Below the pieces are notes generated by a model that saw nothing but the letters and a program-made list of their open reading frames with translations, was not told the DNA's origin and ran no database searches. A stretch of DNA of 63,878 nt, taken from assembly GCA_040384725.1 (NCBI GenBank), contig JAZKIS010000010.1, positions 1 to 63,878 on the forward strand, given 5' to 3'. Positions within the stretch are counted from its first letter, which is position 1. The number at the start of each line of letters is the position of its first letter. Source of the DNA: Patescibacteria group bacterium. GTDB lineage: Bacteria; Patescibacteriota; Minisyncoccia; Phycocordibacterales; Phycocordibacteraceae. Shown piece by piece: positions 52,909 to 61,900 of the stretch. Made by a program: the position numbers and the translations under genes.

Positions 52909-55900
52909 CTACGAGGTAGGTTCTGGCGCCGGAGCCGGGGCAATCGGCTCAGGTTCAGGGGTAGGTTCAGGCTCGGGGGTCGGTTCTGGCGCTGGCTCAG
53001 GAGTTGGTTCAGGGGTCGGTTCTGGTGTCGGCTCTTCGGTAGGCGGCTCGATCGGATCCGTTGGAGACTCAGGAGTTGGTTCAGGGGTCGGTTCTGGCTC
53101 AGGAGTTGGTTCTGGTTGCGGTTGCGAGAGGTCTATAACCGTACACTCCCCTTCGCGGATATTCTGCTGGCCGTTTCGCATCGAGAGGCAGTACGGCTCA
53201 CCGGTTACCTCGTCATAGAAGGTTATGCCGGTCGGCTTCTCGGCGCTTCCGATCGTAAGACGCTCTGCAATGAGGTCCACCGCGGACAGGAGGCCGTTGC
53301 GGATGCTGAACTTGTCAATAATCTCGAACATGCCCTCAGCCATCGGCATGCCGGTCGGCGCGCTCGCTGCGAGCTCGAGCTCCGCGAGTCGGGTCTCGAT
53401 AGTCGCGAGGCGCTCGAATACGAGGTCAGTACGCTCAGAGATCATCTGCATGCCTGTTATGGCGTAGCTCGCCATCTTATAGAGGTCCGCGCTTCCGTTG
53501 GTAAGGACCTCGTTCGGAAGCTCTTCGTCGAAGCTCACGAGATAGAGGTTCGCAGAGACCGTCCCCGTCTCTACGCTTGCTGATGCGAGGTCTCCTATAA
53601 AGATGCCTGATTCAGAGACCGTGAGGGTGCCGGCAATGGTTGCATCAGAAGATACTTGAAGTGCGTACATCGCAGTATTCTCCGCCGCCGGCGCAATAGA
53701 GAGCGTACGCACATTGAGCTCGTTCACGCCTTCAACGAGGTACGGTATGAAGTCGAGGTACGAGACGCCGAGGTATCCCCTTTCAGCATCAACGATCTTC
53801 GCTGAGTTCGGGAGCACGGCCTGTACGTCCTGTGCGAGGAATCCAACCTCAGGACGGTTGCTGCCGATCATGTTGTACGTCTTTCCGTTAATTGCGGAGA
53901 GTACGGAGAACGGGTTCTCAATATCCTGGATATTCTCCTTGAGGCGGCGGTCTGAGACGTCGGTTATGGAGCCGGTGTACTCGATATCGCCGGTTACGTC
54001 GAGGGCGACGGATGGCGCGGTGTTATTGATACCAACATTTCCGCTCTCAAGGACGCTGAACACTTCGACGCCTCCTGTCTCGAAGAGATTGAGGATGTCC
54101 GTGGCACCGGTGGACTGGACAGCGAACCTCGAGCTGGTGGTGCTTGTGCCTACGCCGGTGTTCGTGCCGGAGAAATAGGTATTGCCAGCCGAGACCTGCA
54201 GATACGAATTGGTATTGTTCCATTGGATATAGGCGCGCTGCGCATCTGCCTGCCTGAAGCTCAGGTACGGGTTTCCAGTGGAATGCGAGTCAATCTTGAG
54301 TAGTGTATCCGCCGCCGAATAGAGGTGGAGCAACGCATTCGGAGTGGTAGTGCCGATACCGACGTTGCCCGAGTGGTATGCCGTTCCATCGGTCGCGAAC
54401 ACGTGCCTAACAGCCGTACCTCCCGAGGCGGCAATCACGAAACTTGAAAGAGAACCTCCTTGGGCTCCTGTTGGAGACCACACGAGCTGGCCGGTATGGC
54501 CCGAGAATCCTGTCATGGAGTTTGTGATAAGCGTTCCCCATGCACCAACGGCACTTCTACCGAGCTGCAACTGCTCCGATCCCCAAACATCGAGAGGCTT
54601 GTTAGGCGTTGTGGTGGCGATACCGACGTAGCCTGCCTCAGTTATAAGCATACGGGTGTTGAGCGTTCCGTTCTCGGCAGTTATGAATGCCAGGTTGCCA
54701 TCGTCTCCGGACGTACCCCTGCCTCCGGAGATGCGCGCAACGGAGTTGTGGTTGTAGTTCGATTCATAGAAGTCTATATGCGCAACCGCGCCGCCTGCAT
54801 TGTTGTTCGAACCGGAAAGCGTAAGCGTGGACTGTGCAAGACCTGCTGTAGCGACATGGAGAAGGCTCAGTGGCGTGGTGGTACCGATACCGACGTAGCC
54901 TGCATTGGTTATTCTCATCGCCTCTATCTGACCCGTGTTTGCCTTGTATACATCGAACGCGAGGCCGGTTCCTACAGGACCTGACGCCTCCGTCGTTGCA
55001 TACATTCCTCCCAGAGTAGTGGTAGTGACCTGGCTCGTTATTATCGGGTTCCTTGTTCCTATAGAGCCGAGAGGATTGTTCACCGAAAGAATCGTATTCG
55101 GTGCTGAGTTGCCGATACCGACGTTGCCACTGGTACTGACGCGGACTTTCTCAGCACCGTCAGCGAATAGTGCTAGCGCGCTTCCTGGGTCTCCGCCGAA
55201 GTATCCGACACCTGACGCGAGGTAGCCGGCACGGAGGATGTAGTTCGTATTATCGGTAAGCGTAAGCGCGTTCGCGCCAGCCGCTGCGGTGCGTGAAGAG
55301 ATGCCGTTCGCGCTTGTTGAGACGACCTGGAGCGCATAGGAGGGGTTTGTAATGCCGATACCGACGTTGCCGGAGGAAAGGATAGTCATGCTTTCAACAG
55401 GAGTGTTAGCCACGGCGTAGGTAAAGAAACTGAGTCGGCTAGTGTTTCCCGTTGCCACTTCCATGACCGTACCGATTCGCGCGCGCGGCCCACGAAGCCC
55501 GACATCCTCACTACCGAACGTAATTGCCGTGTTTGGATTTACCATGTCCCACGTGCCGCCACTTGTAGTGTCGTAGATATAGATACCGTCTCCCGTTGCT
55601 GTACCTCCAGAGATAGCGTTCGACGCGAACGCTATGGATAGCTTTCGATCTGCTGTCGTCGTGCCGATACCCACGTTCCCTCCCGTGGTAGCAAGATAAG
55701 TAGCGCCAGTCGTCGTGATCTGGGTGGTCGAGGCGTTTCCGGTAACGGTGAGGAGAGAGCCGTCGAAGGTGAGGTTAGCCTCGTCAACGAGCGCTGAGGT
55801 TCCGTTGCCTGTGATCAGGCGGTTGTTGGTGAAGGTTGAGGCACCGGTACCGCCGTCTGCCACAGGCACGTCCGTACCGCCCGCGCGGTACACGAGGTTG

Positions 55901-58900
55901 CCTTCGATGTTGAGGTTCCCTGCGCTTGCGCGTGCGAGCGTGGTATCGGAGGCCGCACCGAGCTCTATGGTTCCCGTAGTGAACGTATTCGAGGTTCCGA
56001 GCGAGAACGAGACATTCGAGGTTAGGAGTCCCGTGGAGTGCGTGATAGTAGCATTACCGTTGTTGAAGTTAAGGACGCCGCCTGACGCGAGGAAGAGGTC
56101 GGCCCACATGAGCGTTCCGGTGCCGAGCGCGTTTCCGTCGCTAGTGATAGGAGAGAGCGCAGTACCCGTGAGTGACACCTCGCCCGTGCTGTTAACCGCG
56201 AAGCCAAGCGTGCTTGCCGCCGGGAGGTACACGCCGTTAGTAGGAACGGTCGAACTGGTCGGGATGAAGGAGTTTGCGGTCAGCGGCACGTTCGACGTGA
56301 GCGCGCCTGCGGAATGCGTGAGCGTAGCGTTGCCGTTGTTGAAGTTAAGGACGCCGCCTGACGCGAGGAAGAGGTCAGCCCAGCTCTGGGTTGCGCTGCC
56401 GAGCGCAGCGACATCGTTCGTGAGAGGAAGCAGCGCTCCACCGAAGGTCTGAGCCTGGCTCCAGGAGTTCGCGGTTGTAGTGCCGAAGGCGAGAGAAATA
56501 ACACTTCCGGATACCTGTACCGGATAGGTTCCAGTGTAGGTTGTACCGCCGCCAGTGATACAGGTAGTGCCGTCGGTGCTGAAGCACGATGCGCGAACGG
56601 GGCCGGTGAAGGTTGAGGTTGCGGTTGAAGTTGCAGTAATAGTGCCGGCGAAGTAACCGCTACCGTTTACAGTGAGGAGTGCATGCGGAGAGGTGGTGCC
56701 GATACCGACGTTGCCGTTAAGCAAAGTCTGCGTGACGCTCGTATTACCTATCACAACCTGGTTACTAGCTGTGGTGTACGCTCCGTTACCGATTGCCGTT
56801 GAGTTAGATGCTGAGACGAGCTGAGAAGGGTTGTTACCCGCGCTGTATCCGATGAATGTGTTCAGGGTTCCCGTGGTAACACTAAAGCCAGCTTGTCCTC
56901 CAAGCGCTGTGTTCTGATATCCTGAGGTAACACTGAAGAGTGCGGTATCTCCCACGCCGGTGTTGTAGTAATTAGACGTCTGCGCTGAGTAGCCGGCACG
57001 GTATCCGACGAATACGTTGTTTGTTCCTGTGGTAAGGGTTGTACCTGCCTCCCGGCCTATGAATACGTTACTGCTTCCTTGCGTAACCGCGAATCCGCTC
57101 AGCGTGCCGAAGAAAGCATTACTGTCGCCAGACGTGATGCTGTACCCAGAGCGATATCCGACCATGGTGTTGTTGTTCATAGACGTACCGAACATGGCGG
57201 TTTCGTTTCCGATTACGATGTTCTGCACGCCCGTGATCGGCGTAACGAAGGAGCCGCCTGAGTGGAACCCGATAAAGATGTTGTCGTTCACGGTGTTAGC
57301 GGCACCCGCATCAACGCCGAGATTGGTGTTGTAGTTCCCCGTCTGGTTAGCGAAACCAGACTGGTACCCAATGTTCGTATTAGTTGTTCCAGTAGTGTTT
57401 GAATACCCAGCAGCATATCCAAGGTCGGTACGCGCATATCCGGTGGTGTTATTCTGTCCGGCGCCAGAACCAATGAAAGTGTTCTGTCGGCCCTGCGTCG
57501 TGCCGAGCGGAGTGTTTGCCAGTCCGGCATTCTTTCCGATGAACACGTTGGTCGAGAAGTCCGAATGTATGCGAAGAAGTTCCGCACCTAGGGTATCGTT
57601 TAGCTTAATAAATGTTGTCGTTGTCGCGCCTTGCAGAGTAAGGAGCGAAGTAGGCGTCGTCGTGCCGATACCCACGTTCCCTCCCGTGGTAGCAAGATAA
57701 GTAGCGCCAGTCGTCGTGATCTGGGTGGTCGAGGCGTTTCCGGTAACGGTGAGGAGAGAGCCGTCGAAGGTGAGGTTAGCCTCGTCAACGAGCGCTGAGG
57801 TTCCGTTGCCTGTGATCAGGCGGTTGTTGGTGAAGGTTGAGGCACCGGTACCGCCATACGTAACTGCAACCGCGGTTCCCTGCCATACACCCGTTCCAAT
57901 GGTGCCAACCGATGTGAGGGAGGAACCGGTAACACCAGAGCCGAGCGTGCTGCCGCTGAGCACGGAGGTGCCTGCAATCTGATACGAGTCGCCGCTCGCA
58001 AGATCAAGACCCGTTAGTCCGAAGTCTGCACCGAGGACGCCAGAGTACTTGATCTCGAGAGTGTCGTCTTCGGCGTCGAGAATGATACCCGACGTGGTTT
58101 GTGTCTCAATTCTGAGGTTCGCGCCATCGAAGAAGATACCGGCATCCGTACCTGCGCCAAGTGTAATGGCGCCTGCGGCATTGTATGCCGAACCGTCCAC
58201 GTCGATGATGAAGCGGCCGCCAGTGGTGATGTTTGCGATGCCAGTGTCGACGGCACCACCATTCCAAGTACCAGAGGTGATGGTGCCGACGGTATCGATA
58301 TCAGAGCCAACGAGCTTGCTTGCCGCGATGGAGCCCGCGAGCATGCCGTTGGTAACCTTGAGGGCGCCGATGGTTGTCGTAATAGCGGTAGTGCCAGAGC
58401 CCGTGACGTCGCCCGAGAGCGTGATGGTCTGGTTGCCGGTTAGATAGTCGGTACCCGCAACCGCCGGAATAACCGAGCCTGATGCATTGGTCTTGAGGAG
58501 CGAGGACGTCACGCCAGAGATCGCGAAGTTCGTGGTGGTTGCGTTCGTCGCAACGAGGCTGCCGAAGGTCTGGGTGCCGGCCCAGGTGTTTGAGGTTGTT
58601 GTGCCGAAGGCGAGGCTTATGGCGCTTCCTGATACAACAACGGGATACGTTCCGGTGTAGGTGGTGCCGCTTGTGAGACAGACACCTCCAACTGCGAAGC
58701 AGCCGGAAGAGATGCTGTATCCGCCGACACCGCTCTTCGTGGTGGTGGCGTTGTTGAAGAAGTTAGTTCCGGTTCCGGTTCCCCCAATCGAGAGGAGGGA
58801 TCCAGGGGTTGAAGTGCCGATACCGACGTTACCTGCCGCAAAGACGGTATGTCCGCTTCCTGACGACTGAGGATTTATAGAGAGGTTAGTACCATCGTAT

Positions 58901-61900
58901 GTGATACTCGCCTGCTGAGTTTCTCCGAACATCAGGTAGGCAGTATTTTCGTCGATGTAGAGGTCGCCATTCGCATAGGCCCTGAAGTTAGCGGACGTTT
59001 GCGTTGCGTTGCCAAGCCAGAAATCATCGCCCGATCCTGTAGTTTTAATATCTCCCGCTGAACTGATGTCGCTTGTTGCCACCAATAGGTCGGTAGTAAC
59101 CGTTCCTGTGAATGTTGGCCCTGCACTGAACACCAGGTTGCCACCGTCAGGGCCCGGAGTAAATCCAGTCTCATCGGTAAGGATGGCGCCGAGCTCGGCA
59201 GAGGTGTCGATAGAAGAAGAAGTGAGGTAGTCGGTACCCGCAACGGCTGCGATAACTGAGCCGGATGCATTGGTCTTGAGGAGCGAGGATGTAATGCCGG
59301 AGATTGCGAAGTTCGTCGAAGTCGCATTCGCGAACGAGGCATTGCCCGAGACCGTAAGCGTGGAAAGCGTCCCAACGCTCGTAAGGGAGGAGGCGAGGAC
59401 GTTCGAAGCGAGGGTGGCTCCCGTGAGGGTGCCGGCAGGCGCGATAACAACCGCGGTGCCGGCTGCCGTAATGAGGCCCTTGCCGTTAACGGTGAAGGTC
59501 GGGATGGCGGTAGAAGAACCGAAGGAGCCGGTGTTCGAGTTAACGGTTGCGAGCGTCGCTGCCGCTGAGCCCGGGCCGGACGCCGTGACGTCGCCGGTGA
59601 GGGCGGTTATGTAGTTCCCTGCTGCTTGGTAGTCGGTACCGGCGACGGCTGCGGAGAGGACACCTGAAGTTCCCTTGATAAGGCCGGTGAGGGTACCGAT
59701 GGTTGCAGATGGCGTGAAGAGTGCGCCGGCAGAAGAGATGGTGGTGCTTGCCGTCTGGCCTGCAGCGAAGGTGTTTGCGGTAAGTCTTCCTGAGAAGTCG
59801 TTCGTCGAAGTCGCATTCGCGAACGAGGCATTGCCCGAGACCGTAAGCGTGGAAAGCGTCCCAACGCTCGTAAGGGAGGAGGCGAGGACGTTCGAAGCGA
59901 GGGTGGCTCCCGTGAGGGTGCCGGCAGGCGCGATAACAACCGCGGTGCCGGCTGCCGTAATGAGGCCCTTGCCGTTAACGGTGAAGGTCGGGATGGCGGT
60001 AGAAGAACCGAAGGAGCCGGTGTTCGAGTTAACGGTTGCGAGCGTCGCTGCCGCTGAGCCCGGGCCGGACGCCGTGACGTCGCCGGTGAGGGCGGTTATG
60101 TAGTTCCCTGCTGCTTGGTAGTCGGTACCGGCGACGGCTGTCTGTACCTGGCCCGTACCGTTACCCTTAAGGATGCCTGAGAGTGTCGTTGAGCCCGTAC
60201 CCCCATTCCCAACCGGGAGCGTTCCCGTAACGCCGGTGGTAAGAGAGACGTTCGTGATGGTGTTGTTCGAACCGCTGATGGTCTTGTTCTGGAAGGTCTC
60301 GGTGCCAAGGAGCGTCGCGAGAGTACCGGTTGTCGGGAGCGTGACGTTCGTAGTGCCGGTCTGGGTGAGGGTAAGGGCGAAGTTGCCTGAGGTAGTGAGG
60401 TTGTTGCCGAGGGTGATGGTCCTGCCGGTGTTCGCGACGCCGGTACCGCCGTACTGCCCTGCTATAACGGTGCCATTCCAAGTACCAGAGGTGATGGTGC
60501 CGAACTCTAGATTTCCAAAAGCATCAATTATCAAAGAACTGTTACCGTAGGAGAATTCTCCATTACCATCATTGTATTGAGCAATGCTTCCCCCGATCGA
60601 ATCATATATCCCTGTAACAAAGTTCTCCTCGTTCCCAGCAGAGAGGATTAGGTCGCCCGCACCGTTAATACCGTCCGCTGTTATAAGTGCTACCGCATTA
60701 ATAGTACCGAGTGACGAGACCGTACCTGCCGTAAGGACTCCGCTAATGGACGCGGTTCCCGTCGCCGTAAGGTTTGCGAGAGATAGATTTCCCGAGAAGA
60801 GGCCGTTGCCTTGAACTGACAGGAGCTGTGAAGGCGTCGTAGTACCAATGCCGAAATTACCGGCACTGGTAATAACCGCTCGCTGCGTATTGTCTGTACT
60901 GAATGCGACGCTCGTTGTTGCGGGGAAGAACATGCCGGCAGTTGTTCCGGGGCCCGCATAGACTGGGTCTGAGGCTGTGCCGATATTAGTAGCAGCATAG
61001 TACGGACTTTGCGTGAATTCCGTTGCGGTAACTTGAGGCGCAACAAACGATCCATGAGCATCGAATTCGTAGGTGTGGCCATGCACTGCCGAATCACTCA
61101 CGTAGAGGTATTGCGAGTGGTCCGCATTGTCATACCAGAATCGGGAACTGGTTGTCAGGTCATCGTAGTTTTGGAATAGGATCGACGGATTCCATAGCGC
61201 ACCTACGATCAAAGAGTCGACGGGTGCCCCACCGCTTGTTCCTGCACTAAGATTTCCTACCCGTGCGACCCCCCACACATCAAGCTTAGTGCCCGGCGTC
61301 GTCGTCCCGATACCCACGTTCCCTCCTGTGGTAGCAAGATAAGTAGCGCCGGTCGTGGTGATCTGGGTAGTCGAGGCGTTTCCGGTAACGGTGAGGAGAG
61401 AGCCGTCGAAGGTGAGGTTAGCCTCGTCAACGAGCGCTGAGGTTCCGTTTCCGGTTAGGAGACGGTTGTTGGTGAAGGTGGCAGCACCCGTACCCCCATT
61501 CCCAACCGGGAGCGTTCCCGTAACGCCGGTGGTAAGAGAGACGTTCGTGATGGTGTTGTTCGAACCGCTGATGGTCTTGTTCTGGAAGGTCTCGGTGCCA
61601 AGGAGCGTCGCGAGAGTACCGGTTGTCGGGAGCGTGACGTTCGTAGTGCCGGTCTGGGTGAGGGTAAGGGCGAAGTTGCCTGAGGTAGTGAGGTTGTTGC
61701 CGAGGGTGATGGTCCTGCCGGTGTTCGCGACGCCGGTACCGCCGTACTGCCCTGCTATAACGGTGCCATTCCAAGTACCAGAGGTGATGGTGCCGACGGT
61801 ATCGATATCAGAGCCAACGAGCTTGCTTGCCGCGATGGAGCCCGCGAGCATGCCGTTGGTAACCTTGAGGGCGCCGATGGTTGTCGTAATAGCGGTAGTG

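Noticed and set aside
60325-60339. LPTTG pentapeptide (also at 61618..61632) in the giant protein as a sortase signal
   Set aside because: It lies inside an internal repeat (NVTLPTTGTLATLLG) with no following hydrophobic helix or basic tail. It is more than 2,000 aa from the C-terminus.
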